Below are positions 51,891-64,000 of a DNA stretch of 64,000 nt, piece after piece. Numbering within the stretch: the stretch's first letter is position 1; each line of letters opens with the position of its first letter. The DNA lies in assembly GCA_037379345.1 (NCBI GenBank), contig CM074512.1, forward strand, positions 5,518,001 to 5,582,000, read 5' to 3'. Both the position numbers and the translations under genes were made by a program. The notes under the pieces were generated by a model. It had not been told where the DNA came from, searched no databases, and worked only from the letters and a program-made list of their open reading frames with translations. Source of the stretch: Perna viridis. Its lineage: Eukaryota.

Positions 51891-53388
51891 TCGCTTTAAA
51901 TGCGGTTGCCATGTTATTTCTAAAGCATTTTGTAAATAAAAGACGAAGACCATATTGGTATGATGGAATGGTATATCTGTCCAACTTAGCCCTTGAACCC
52001 CAAAATTAAAAAAAAAATCACCATGAATTTGAACCGAACCTCAACAAAATTTGAATGTCCCAAGTACAACTGTAGATGCCTTAGAGGATACTAATGCGCA
52101 AAGATTGAGGAACAAATGGTGAATAAACGGTAAAAACATTGTACATACTCATTGACATCCAGTTAGATATTAAACATACACACGTGTATGAAACATTTTT
52201 TCATGTCTTAAATGAGCAGATTTATCAAGTCTTTCTATTTTCGTGTGTGTAATCTAGCGAACCTTCTAACTTACTGGTATGCCACGACTTACTATAGAAA
52301 GAAAACTTACTAGTTACCTAGTCATAGTGAAAGTAGATTGATTTGTCAATTAAAACTCAAACAGCAGCGGCCAAAGTTTTATCCTCGAACCTTAATATCA
52401 CATTCTGTCAAAAAACTACGGAAACAAATAAGAGTAATATGCAGGTTGATGGGAAACGAATCAGGTTTGATGAGGTAATATGAAAACAGAAATTGATCAC
52501 TTAATGTAGGGAGATAGATTTGTACAATACACCTATGAAGTAACTTACTACTCTAATATTTCACATTGAATGTTTATTTTTCATTTCAAAGAAAATATAG
52601 TCTAATCAAACTGACGGTTATTGTTATTGGAATATTACGTATGATGGATTCGAGTCTTAGTACGTAACGCTTAGTGTTTCTCCCATCCTTTGTGTAATGT
52701 ATATAAATCTTGGATCAAACTTTTTTTCAACCATTTGTCAAATCTCTTCGATGTTGCGAAAATATGGCTTGATATAAATATCGAGTGCTCGAATCTACGA
52801 CTCTGGTGCAACGGACTAGCAATTAAACTTGTGCCATATGATCACCAAAATATAAGGTGGCTCAAAGTATAAATCGGTCAAATAACATATAATTATCTCA
52901 CTCATAATTTGACTTGTACAAATGTAGTTAGATCTAGATACAGTAATGTAGCTCTTGGCTTGCTCTGTTCTCCGAGGTCTGTTCTAGCGTAGCTACAAAA
53001 TAGACCCCGTTAAAACTTCGTTGTGATTACTAACCGGGCGATTTCAGATTATTTTACCGCTTTTCATGATGCAAATACTTTTGAAATGGTAGAATATCAT
53101 TTAAAAGGGACAAAATCTACCTGGCCTGAAGAAGTTCAAGCAGAATAACTGCAAAATATACAAGTCTGACTGGTCAATAACTGTTTCAACACATTATGTC
53201 ACAAAACGCACGGTAGAAACGGTCAGTTGACGTTAGCTTTATAGTTCACAAGGCCCTCAGTTGACAAATACATGTACATCATCATTACCAAAACGGTGGA
53301 ATCTTGAAGCATGACAAACACCACATCAGATTATTTATATTTTTCCACTACGTTCGTCTGAATATAACAAAATTTTATATTAGGGCTA

Positions 53389-54215
53389 AGGAACTTATTT
53401 GTTACCTGAGAAGGGTGGGGGCTAATCAAAATGTGGGGGGTCACATTTTTTTCTGCTTACTGAAAAGGGGAGTTCAAATTTTTGTTTGAAGCTGAAAGTT
53501 GGGATCTTTTTTTTTACATACAGAAATTCCTAGTCTATATATTTCAAGGGGTTCATTTTTCCGGGGTTGAGATTATCAGAGTCACTAGTACATAATGACA
53601 TTTTATCAATTTCAAAACAAATTTTATGCATTACTATACATTGTATTACATTTTTGAAACGCTATATACGCCATTGTACACTGTTAATATGGTTATGTCA
53701 CTGATAAGATCAAAAATATCCATCTGGACTTTTATGCTTCGCAGTGAGGAAGTCAAAAGGGTCGTAAGACTCATCTTCTGAAGATTTCATTTCCTGTTCC
53801 ATTTCATCATCACTTTTGCTACCATTTTCATAATCATGTTTGTCACTGGTTTCTTGTGTTTCAATAACATTAGATTTTGGCATGGATGAATTTTCGATTG
53901 TAAACACTTCTTATCATTTCGCTTGCTTCCATTTAAAAAAAATATCTCTATTGAAAATGTTGTGTTTTCAAGAATTCTGATATATAAAGTACCTATACAT
54001 CATATCACATGCTTTGAAGGTAAGTGTTTGCATGTTACAATTTTAGTATGTTTTGTATATCTTTAAAAAGTATGAAGGGCGGGTCATTTTTGTCAAATTC
54101 TCTAGGTGGGGGGGGGGTCAAATTATTTTAATGAAATGCTGTGTAGGATCAAGAAAAATTCATAGGTGTGATTTAAAAATGACCAGCCCCATCCCAGGTA
54201 AAAATGATAATTCCC
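53389..54215. mobile_element. 827 bp TIR element inserted at a TA
   Basis: AGGAACTTATTTGTTACCTGAGAAGGG ... CCCATCCCAGGTAAAAATGATAATTCCC with TA on both sides; the paralogous empty site is gcTAaatgataac at 54785-54797. Confidence 0.7.
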
Positions 54216-54380
54216 TACATGATAGTCAAAAATGATTATTCCATACACGATAGTCAAAAATGATAATTCCCTACATGATAGTCAAAAATGATTATTCCAT
54301 ACACGATAGTCAAAAATGATAATTCCCTACATGATAATTCCCTATAGCTACATGACGATTCCCTACATGATAGCCAAAAA
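54200..54380 (+). repeat. 28 bp minisatellite with alternating variants, overlapping the right TIR
   Basis: aaaaatgataattccctacatgatagtc / aaaaatgattattccatacacgatagtc. Confidence 0.88.
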
Positions 54381-54513
54381 CCAAATTAGGTATGCTACAT
54401 GCTATATATAAACAAATGTTGATTTTTATTCAATATATACTGAATATTAGTCTGAATGGTCAATCACTGTTTCAACACAAGACGTCACAACAAAAACGGC
54501 CGATAAGGACCAG

Positions 54514-54640
54514 GGTCCGGCGCCACAAAAGTTAAGAAATACTTCCATGGTAACTCCAATCAAAGTCTTTGAAATTGATGACGTCACTAACAGTTGATAA
54601 TTTTCTCATACTTAGGTAAATTTTTTTGTGGCGTCGGTGC
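54514..54640. mobile_element. 127 bp MITE with CAG target-site duplication (PIF/Harbinger-like)
   Basis: CAG|GGTCCGGCGCCACAAAA ... TTTTGTGGCGTCGGTGC|CAG (14/17 TIR match); absent from the paralogous segment near 53225-53250. Confidence 0.75.
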
Positions 54641-54810
54641 CAGCAGGCCTTCTGTTGACAAATACATGTACATCACCGTTTCCAAAAAAAAAAAAAAATA
54701 AATCTTGAAATATGACAAACACGAAGTCAGATTATTTATATTTTCCACTATGTTCGTCCGAATATAAAATAATTATATACTAGAGCTAAATGATAACAAC
54801 AAAACCGAAT

Positions 54811-55470
54811 TAGGTATGCTACTCGCTATAATCTTTAATAAACTAGGTATGCTACTCGCTATAATCTTTAATAAACTAGGTATGCTACTCGCTATAATCT
54901 TTAATAAACTAGGTATGCTACTCGCTATAATCTTTAATAAACTAGGTATGCTACTCGCTATAATCTTTAATAAACTAGGTATGCTACTCGCTATAATCTT
55001 TAATAAACTAGGTATGCTACTCGCTATAATCTTTAATAAACTAGGTATGCTACTCGCTATAATCTTTAATAAACTAGGTATGCTACTCGCTATAATCTTT
55101 AATAAACTAGGTATGCTACTCGCTATAATCTTTAATAAACTAGGTATGCTACTCGCTATAATCTTTAATAAACTAGGTATGCTACTCGCTATAATCTTTA
55201 ATAAACTAGGTATGCTACTCGCTATAATCTTTAATAAACTAGGTATGCTACTCGCTATAATCTTTAATAAACTAGGTATGCTACTCGCTATAATCTTTAA
55301 TAAACTAGGTATGCTACTCGCTATAATCTTTAATAAACTAGGTATGCTACTCGCTATAATCTTTAATAAACTAGGTATGCTACTCGCTATAATCTTTAAT
55401 AAACTAGGTATGCTACTCGCTATAATCTTTAATAAACTAGGTATGCTACTCGCTATAATCTTTAATAAAC
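54811..55470 (+). repeat. Perfect 33 bp minisatellite, 20 units (taggtatgctactcgctataatctttaataaac)
   Basis: 660 bp = 20 x 33; no variants seen. Confidence 0.97.
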
Positions 55471-55523
55471 AAATGTACATTTTTGTTCAATATATACAGA
55501 AAATTACATGTCAAAATCTGTAT

Positions 55524-55656
55524 CACATGCGGTATCAATCCGAGACTCCTATATCAACCCAACGGCCACATGCGGTATCAACCCGAGACTCCTATATCAT
55601 CGCAACGGCCACATGCGGTATCAACCCGAGACTCCTATATCAACCCAACGGCCACA
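55524..55656 (+). repeat. 43 bp tandem repeat, 3 units
   Basis: cacatgcggtatcaacccgagactcctatatcaacccaacggc at 55524, 55567 and 55610. Confidence 0.9.
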
Positions 55657-55711
55657 AGTCATGTTCATTGGATTATATACTTTAACTATATTTTAAGTAT
55701 ATTCCGTGAAG

Positions 55712-56122
55712 GAGTGTGATATAGGGTATGCGATAGAGCTCTAGGGTGTGATATATAGGGTATGCGATAGAGCTCTAGGGGTGTGATATAGGGTATGCGA
55801 TAGAGCTCTAGGGCTGTGATATAGGGTATGCGATAGAGCTCTAGGGCTGTGATATAGGGTATGTGGTAGAGCTCTAGGGGTGTGATATAGGGTATGTGGT
55901 AAAGCTCTAGGGGTGTGATATAGGGTATGCAATAGAGCTCTAGGGCTATGATATGTGGTATGCGATAGAGCTCTAGGGGTGTGATATGTGGTATGCCATA
56001 GAGCTCTAGGGGTGTGATATACGGTATGCGATAGAGCTCTAGGGGTGTGATATAGGGTATGCGATAAAGCTCTAGGGTGTGATATATGGTATGCGATGTA
56101 GGTATAGCGGTGTGATATAGGG
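55712..56122 (+). repeat. 33 bp minisatellite, ~12 units (ggggtgtgatatagggtatgcgatagagctcta)
   Basis: Directly visible; same unit as at 23620-23725 and, inverted, at 62055-62086. Confidence 0.92.
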
Positions 56123-56820
56123 TAAACGGTATTTAAACATTTAAACACCTATAATGCATTTACACAAAAAAAGGTATGTTTTGTAGTTTTGAAAAAAAAA
56201 TTGAAAATTAAAGTTATCATGTTGATTTTCTCCGAAACTAACCAAGAAAAAAAGATATCCGTATACATAAATTCAATGTGAATTAAAAAGCTGTGTAATA
56301 CAATATAACTATAATTCGCCGAGTAATCTATTCATCCACAAAATATAAATAATTAATTGTTTTTTTTTTCAAAAACAAAACTTTATTTTCTACTTGGGGC
56401 TTTTTTGGTTGGTTATAATATGTACACATCATATTCGGTTAGTATCTTTTGTCTACACCTGTCAGAATGTGTATTGCCTTCAGCACTACCTGTCAGCACA
56501 TATCTAGTTTAACAGATAGCGTGGTTTGCAATTAAAATGTAATTGGACCAGAGAAAAATAAACCTTATAAAATTTGGTTCGAACGGGCAAATGGCCATCT
56601 TAAGATTTACGATTACTATGCATATATCAAAAAAGCAAATTGCCTATATGTTGATAAATGTACATAATACATGTGTATGTCTAATATAACTTAATTAAAT
56701 AGTATTACAAATTATACAGGTAAAATTTTGTTTTCTTTAAGAAATATATAACGTGACATAATACAATGATATTCATCACCAATGTCACCAGATCACATGA
56801 CTGCATTTTCTATCATTTCG

Positions 56821-56987
56821 TATGGAAGTCTATTTCTCTTATCGTGATAAATAAAAGTCGCGAAAAATTATCGCGACTTTTTTAGATGAAATTGTCATTT
56901 ATGTCGACAAAATATCCAATTATCACGACTTTTCGAGATAATCTTTCGCGACTTCATTTATCACGATGACAAAAATAGACTTCCATA
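56821..56987. mobile_element. 167 bp hairpin MITE with ~55 bp inverted arms and TA ends
   Basis: TATGGAAGTCTATTT...ATCGTGATAAAT...AAGTCGCGAAA mirrored by TTTCGCGACTT...ATTTATCACGAT...AAATAGACTTCCATA. Confidence 0.85.
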
Positions 56988-57529
56988 ATTTCTCAATATA
57001 CCACGCCACCCTTCTGATTCGGCAATTAATGTCTTATAATAACATTTAACAAATAAAATTGTAGATATTTCTCAAAAGATCAGATTATAGAATAACTGGA
57101 AAACTGGGTGTCTTTTTTTGTAATTTTGAGTTCTCAATACACGAAAAACAAGTTTGCTTAAACTACCCCAGGAAACGACGTTAATACAGTATTAACTATT
57201 GACAGTTGTTCATTCTTACTACAGTGTTAACTATTGACAGTTGTTCATTCTTACTTTTCACAATTTTAGAAATATAAGTAATCATGATAATTATTTAATT
57301 TTCTTAAATCTAAATGTTAAAGCAGAATGAGACAACGTTATGTTAATAACAGAAATGGTCCCCCCCCTATATTGCAAATTACTTACTACAGACATTGATG
57401 GAATTCTGGACTTTGCGATATCATATCATTTTTGAATTGATCTTAACAAAGTTCTCATCTATGTTATGTTCGAACGTGGAAATACAACATCTAGATAACT
57501 TATAAAGTAATAAGTAAGTCATGTATTGT

Positions 57530-57688
57530 AGGGCACCAACCATTTTAATAGTGAGTCGGGTGGGGTGTGGGGGACAAATTACAACATTAGCTGCTGTCGA
57601 AAAATAATTATTTTCGCGCTTGCTCCAAAATTTCGTTTTAACTCAATACAATCCCAGCCCCCACCCCAAGAAGAAAATGGTCTGTGCC
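57530..57688. mobile_element. MITE (GGGCACCAACCATTTT ... AAAATGGTCTGTGCC)
   Basis: Imperfect TIRs with G-run and C-run subterminal tracts, same end style as 5120 and 45039. Confidence 0.6.
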
Positions 57689-58326
57689 TAACTTTATTTC
57701 AAGTGTAATCCGAGTAGTATAAAAGATGTAAAATTACAGAAGACACAACTCGGATTTCTTGCAACATAAATTGTTTGACTTTTTATTTTAAAAGTATCTA
57801 AGACTGACATAAATTGGAATTATCTGTTTCAATAAAGAAAGGACTTCAACAGTGCCTAGCACAGTTAATTTACAGAAAAGTACATTGTGTGGTTTGTCAA
57901 AACCAAGTTAGGATTAAAATTCTCTTTAAAGTAAATATACAAAATTAAACTGAACAAGGTAGCCTTTGTCATCAAACACATTAAACTCAGCAAACCACTA
58001 CTTTAATTTGAAACTGCAAATAAAAACATCAATATAAGAAGATATTTAAATCAACATATAACGATTTAACTCGGTAGAAAACTCTTAGTCCGCGCAAACT
58101 AAGACAAGCGGAAACTAATAATTGATTTGTACTTGAAAAGTAGTCTACATTTTGCCGGCTTGGTAAAACACCATCACAGTCGATCATCGTTGATTCAGGT
58201 AAAAGTACATAAGTTTGTTTAACGTTTTTTGTTTTGTTTTATAAGAATTGTTTTACAATGTACTTCATTAGAAAACAACTGCCCAGAGAAGAGTCGACTC
58301 ATGAAAGACTTTATGTCATTATGTTC

Positions 58327-58447
58327 TACCAAATGTCGAGTGTTATGAATACCAGGCTACATACTAATACCAAATGTCGAGTGTTATGAATACCAGGCTA
58401 CATACTAATACCAAATGTCGAGTGTTATGAATACCAGGCTACATACT
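58327..58447 (+). repeat. 41 bp tandem repeat, 3 units
   Basis: taccaaatgtcgagtgttatgaataccaggctacatactaa. Confidence 0.9.
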
Positions 58448-59059
58448 CTATTCAGTTGATTGTTTAGTGGTGAATACTATACAATCCGTCTATCTTCAGG
58501 TGAACATGGTATTGTTAGAAACAACTGTATCATGTGCAGTTTGATTTTTCTTGAGGATGAATTCATTACATCATTTTGTTAAAAGCATATATTGAAAAAG
58601 AAAAAACATCCAATAATCAACTATACTTGGCCTTCATGTTTTTAAGCTTGTACATGTACATTCTGTGGAAATTCTTGACAGCTTTGTAAGATAAGTAAAT
58701 ACATTTTATGCGTTCAATATCAGAAGTGTAATGCAATAGCACATTCAAAACACGTTCTTTTTTTGAAGTTTTGTTAATAAACAACTAATTGTTACCTGTA
58801 TAAGTATTCGTTAAATTGATGCGTACTAACGCCCTGCCAATATCCAGCGGCTAGAAAGCATAGAAGTTTGGCTGACAATATAGAGGTGACAAGACGACAG
58901 CATCTAGACGTTCTGAACGGATGAGTGTCAGGTGGATATCTGAAAAATCGATTGACTCATTTTGCTCGGTTGTCTACTCGTAAGCAGCTTGAGGACAATA
59001 TTGATATATTTGAGTCGGATGCTGACATGGCATTGACACTATAAGGTCACATGTCTAAT

Positions 59060-59455
59060 GGTTAGTTGAGAGAATTCAGAATTGATACACTCAGGTCGGA
59101 TGTCTAGTGGTTACTTGAGAGAATTCAGCAACGATACACTCAGGTCGGATGTCTAGTGGCTAATTGAGAGATTTCAGCAATGATAAACTTAGATCGGATG
59201 TCTAGTGGTTAGTTGAGATAATTCAGAATTGATACACTTAGGTCGGATGTCTAGTGGTTAGTTGAGAGAATACAGAATTGATACACTTAGGTCGGATGAT
59301 AGTGGTTAGTTGAGAGAATACAGAATTGATACACTTAGGTCGGATGTCTAGTGTTTAGTTGAGAGAATACAGAATTGATACACGTAGGTCGTATGTCTAA
59401 TGGCTAGTTGAGAGAATTCAGCATTGATAAACTTAGGTCAGGTGTCTGGTGGTTA
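59060..59455 (+). repeat. 49 bp minisatellite, ~8 units
   Basis: gatacacttaggtcggatgtctagtggttagttgagagaattcagaatt. Confidence 0.9.
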
Positions 59456-61149
59456 ACATAGTGTAACATTTCTCTGGTGATTGACCGATAGTATGAACAG
59501 TTCTAAAACATATACACTGACACGCAAAGTAAGAAATATTGGATTACCGGTGCTCGCTGTTTGACCATTTTAGCTTTGAGTATCACACTTAATTGTGTCA
59601 TAATTTGTTGTACGGTATATGTTAGTACTGGCAAACTAAATGAAAATTGCGAAGGCGCGTTCTGGGGTTTGTCAAAAGTTTCTATGATTCAATGCTGGGT
59701 TCCATAAACTACAGTTACTAAATATATCAAATCGAAGAAGTCAATATAATTTATTGTCAACACTTTTTTTTTATTCAAAGCTTTTTCCATCAATTGTTAT
59801 GTTTTATTTGAAGGAACGAAACACTTCACTGCAGTTAATCCAGAGGTATGAAATATTAGAGTTGTCACCGAGAACAAAATGATAAGTTGGTATCGTCACA
59901 ATGTCAGGCAAGCAAATCTGGATTAAGTAAAATGACTTCCTTCATAAGTCAGGTACTTTATAAATAATTATGGTAATAGTCAGGAAAAAGCTCGTCCAGT
60001 CGAAAATGATGACCAAGGATTAGGAACCCTTGACTTACTTTAATGGCTTATCACATCAGTACGATAATTGGGACAATGCTTTGAAGAAGTTAACCTTTAA
60101 AGTTCAAAAGGAAATCCATCTTCACCAATTTTAAGTGTGATTTTAAAACCAATCAAACACTCTTCAGCTAATACTGAGGCATTTGTAAAAATCCTAAGAA
60201 AAATTTAATGATTGGGTAAAATGTTTTTACAATGAGAAAAGGACCGGATGATAGACCGCAAATTTATGTCATTTCTGTAATATCACTTTGATCCCAAGGG
60301 AACAATAAAACTTTCGCTACGCTGAATAAACACACGGTCCGTTATCGAGGGGCTATAAATTATCTTAGTCCTATACAGTGGACGGACATTGAAGTTACAC
60401 AATGATCATGAGAAGCCATGTTCAGTTTTAAACTATAGCATCTGGTACATATACGTCTCTTGAGTTAGAAATGGTCAATTATAGACAAATATGTCCAGGT
60501 CGAAAAATCACATATTTTTACAAACCTCCAAATTTAGTATTTTTTTTATAAAGTTCAAATAGAAACAATATTTTGTGACGTCTTTTTAAGACGGTAAAGC
60601 TGTAAGAACTTGTAAATCTGTTTGTCTGGGTAAAGTCATAAACCACGAATAATGACATCAAAATATTGAATTCTTAAAACAGCACTTCCAAAATTACAAA
60701 ATTACAAGTATTTAAGGGTAAATATAAATTAAGTAAACAATTTTGATAAAAACGTATGTGGATAAGTTACTAACAACAGATACATCCAAATGTCGCCCAA
60801 AGTTTTTTTTACCAGCGTTACCCCTTTCTTATAAACAAAAATGGACGATTTAAATTAATTTACACGAATTAACCTATATTTTACCAGCGCTATTACAAAA
60901 AGTGTTCTATTTTAATATATTTATCTTCGATTTCTTGATGAAGCAAACAATTCGCTTTTTTTAATTGTCCCATTGCACACGTTTTTTTTTCCATTAGTCG
61001 GCAATTTGGGACTCAGCATTTTGGACTATTCGGCAAACTGGGTATGCTACTGTTTTGCTACGCATGTAAATCGTCACGCATGCACATAGACTTCGACGTG
61101 CTTTGCTTCATATAACTGCAAGTTGAGGCATAATATCTTTTCAATACAT

Positions 61150-61311
61150 ACTAAATTCTTTTTTAAGTATGTTTATTGATTTACATTAATTTTTGTATGA
61201 TCTATCAATTACCTTTTATGCCAGAAAGGGTAAATTTTGTTTTATGTCATTGAAATGTGTTTTAGCAGCCTTTTTAGATGTTAATAAAGAATTTTCTGTC
61301 TGTCTGTCTGT
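61150..61311 (+). mobile_element. Possible LINE 3' UTR remnant ending in AATAAA plus (CTGT)n
   Basis: T-rich tract, then taataaagaattttctgtctgtctgtctg. Confidence 0.3.
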
Positions 61312-62001
61312 TAAAATTTTGGATTATTGTGCTATACTAGTTAAGCTCGCACAAAGATCAATTGAGTAATTAATTGTACAGCATGCAGTGTAGAATCAGG
61401 GTATTTTAATACCTGTAGTCCTGTAAACATACAATATCCCTCTGAGTCACTGTCACTTAGCTTCGTCACTAAAAATAGCATGGCTACTTCAGAGATTTAT
61501 CGATTTAAGAGAGGAAATTCATTCTTAAAATTAAATGTTTTGATAAGAAAAAGGTGAACATTTTACAGAAATTTTACCCTATAATTCCCGGGTAGCGAGG
61601 ATAGAGTGCTGTAATCAATCTAACCGGTTATATGATACCAAAGTAGTTGACGAGTTCCATGCGGAGGCTTTTTAGGATATTTGGGGGACCAGAATGTCTG
61701 TATCTATATAGTAGTATTGTACACTATTGTACTATTAAACAAATAAATACGAAACGTTCATGCATTCGATCTTAACTATTGATATGGACTTTTTGTTAAA
61801 AAAAACTACTTTAAATGTGACTTAAATACTACTTTAAAACCGATTATGATAATTACAAACAGTACAAAACTATCAACAGTGAACATTTTTCAATTGCTAC
61901 CAGCAATACTGTTAAAGAATTTTCAAATGAGGAACGTTTTAAATACTAGGAGATTAATCTAATGTAGAAAGATACGGATATATCATATATTTAGATTAAA
62001 A

Positions 62002-62160
62002 TATACCTTTTTTGTATATGCATTATAAGTGTATTTTAAATCCTGTATCTTTAACCCTATATCGCATACCCTATATCACACCTCTACGCAGAACACACTT
62101 GAACATGACATGTCAAAATCTGTATTGCATGTGATGTCAACCCTCGACCTATTTCACCCC
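62002..62160 (-). mobile_element. Third copy of the 33 bp-array element (single unit, inverted orientation)
   Basis: Reverse complement reads gaggtgtgatatagggtatgcgatataggg...acacttataatgcatatacaaaaaaggtat. Confidence 0.7.
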
Positions 62161-62384
62161 GTGGTGATAATAATGTTTCAGATTCCGTAAATTATTTATA
62201 ATTGGTTGGCGTAGTCATCCTGCTAGCTAACATTACCAGGATTAGTCCAGTTTTAATTGATCATAGTACTGTATACAGTTACTCTTTGGTGAACTTTATA
62301 GGACGGAATGGTAGGCCACGATTTAGTTTGAGGTTAACAGTACGATAAATTCCGCACAACTTGGGGGTATCATTGACATATAGA

Positions 62385-62611
62385 ACGACCATAAACATTG
62401 ACAAAAAGGTCACAGACATTGACATAGAGGCCATAGACATTGACATAGAGGCCACAGACATTGACAAAGAGACATTTACATAGTGGCCATAAACACTGAC
62501 ATGGAGCGGATATAATCATCGGCATAAAGGCCAGAGACATTTACATAAAAGCCATAGACAGTGGCATAGAGCAGCCTTTAACATAGGGCGTCCTCAAACA
62601 TTGACATAAAG

Positions 62612-62642
<31 letters not shown>

Positions 62643-62690
62643 TGACAGAGTGGCCATAGGCATTGACATAAAGCTGCCTGAAACTATAAC
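62385..62690 (+). repeat. Degenerate 21 bp minisatellite (ccatagacattgacatagagg) with an (AT)n tract
   Basis: Directly visible; explains the MSMSVAS ORF. Confidence 0.75.
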
Positions 62691-64000
62691 ATAATGCGAC
62701 CCACGGTTATTGATAGCGGTTGACCGCTATCTCCGGTAACTTACAGCGGCTATTTTCTTATATTTTTTACTCATCTGACGATTGTTCTCTCATTTGATCG
62801 GAGTAATCCAGTAATTAGTTATAATGCAGCAGAGGGAAGGAGAAATATTCAGACCATGGTGTCAGTTGATTTGGAATCGTCATAAACTGATTGTTGATTT
62901 GAATAAAAAATAGTTACAAACTTCAAAATAAGCTAAATACTGGTGTTAGACTGCTGTCTGAAATAATGTTTAAAAGTTAACCCAAACACATGATTTCACT
63001 TAGGTGTACTTAGGGCAAAATATTTCCATTTTAGCTAATCATAGACTGATGAAAGCCAATATTAAAGGTTTTGTCCATCAGCCAAATCACAAATAGTATG
63101 GCAACTCTTAATCAATAGGGAAACATATTTATGGCGGTATAATGCCATAGCAGAGGTTCAAACAAATTGAAGAGGAGGTCAGCATGTTTATCTGTCGAAA
63201 GGTACTTATTACAAAATAAGATAAAAAAAAATAAATGGAAAGTAAAATAGAATAGAATTAAACTAAAATTAAAACGTGACAAATGATAAACCATGACGTT
63301 GGCGTATATGAGTAAATGAGCATTAGGTTACTATTCTTAAAATATAAATATAATAACCATGATATAAAAAAAATGTACAATAAATCGTATATCAGACCGA
63401 AGAACAGGTGGGGGCAGAAACACTGAAAAATGAGTGATGACCCTATCTTGCGGGTTTTAGAACGGCAAGGTTTGGAATACGAATTTAGATGGCGATTAAT
63501 TCTACCTACTTGTGGACATACTCGTGAGCGCAATTTACATACAGTTTGCTTAGCTACAAATCATTTAAGTAATACGCAAAAATTTGAAATTGCTAGTGTT
63601 CTAAATCTTTTAAGAGCAACGTATGACCAGGAGGTGTTGGTGAGCTCGAAAGTAACGATTCAATAACAGCACAGCTTGAATTCTAGTTATTTGTCTCCCA
63701 CTTGAAAACTCGACTCGTCCGTAGAAACTTAAAACTATAAGCATTATATGTCAACTGTGAAAGTCTAGTTATAAACTTAATGGTTAAGAGTTCTTTTATC
63801 CAATGGATTGATGTAATTCGAGCTATAAAATAAGGGTGTTTGTTTTATAGTTCCATACATCATTAAAAATATCTGTGAACTACATTTTAAATATATGATA
63901 AAACTTTTACTGTTTATTGAAATAGTGCTTCGTTCATTTTCTTTCAGAAATGTATTGACTTAAAAATAATTCTCATAACTCTTTTTGATGGTGTCTTTTA

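Larger units (their letters stand above)
53163..55505 (+). repeat. Local tandem duplication A-B/A'-B' with nested insertions and expansions
   Basis: 53163-53388 matches 54449-54788; 54360-54448 matches 54789-55505 once the 33 bp array is collapsed. Confidence 0.8.

Noticed and set aside
53710-53907. Acidic 65 aa ORF
   Set aside because: Lies inside an 827 bp TIR element; low complexity and no transposase motif recognisable.
54773-55685. 235 aa and 289 aa ORFs on opposite strands
   Set aside because: They are read-throughs of the perfect 33 bp (11-codon) array, with no synonymous variation and no gene structure.
55741-56148. 135 aa His/Thr/Pro-repeat ORF
   Set aside because: Translation of the 33 bp array inside a dispersed element.
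63430-63666. 78 aa ATG-led ORF with protein-like composition
   Set aside because: No recognisable motif or splice context; a BLASTP or RNA-seq check would be needed.

Overview
This is eukaryotic, AT-rich genomic DNA, most likely from a bivalve mollusc. That assignment is my inference from the repeat families (SINE-type tail, Cg170/BIV160-like monomers, Penelope-like tails). Only one gene is securely identifiable: a two-exon Tis11/ZFP36L (tristetraprolin family) CCCH tandem zinc-finger gene on the + strand. Exon 1 is 9690-9743, a GT-AG intron spans 9744-10054, and exon 2 is 10055-11104, giving about 367 aa. The gene has a CCAAT/GC/TATA-like promoter, AU-rich elements just after its own stop codon, and a tight ETS/MEF2/NF-kB motif cluster about 1.8 kb downstream. 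A possible exon of a divergently transcribed gene lies at 1453-1655 (-). The remaining ~52 kb has no recognisable host exon. It holds roughly 20 unrelated minisatellites, several MITE and foldback families, a decayed RTE LINE, and 5-6 3'-anchored fragments of a Penelope-like retroelement whose 3' UTR folds into a multi-branch RNA structure. There are no prokaryotic features (no CRISPR array, operon, rRNA or tRNA), and nearly all ORF-track entries are chance or repeat-derived. I see no demonstrable new biological system. The best leads are the retroelement 3' RNA structure, the Tis11 regulatory elements, and the minisatellite-generating repeat complex at 53-62 kb.
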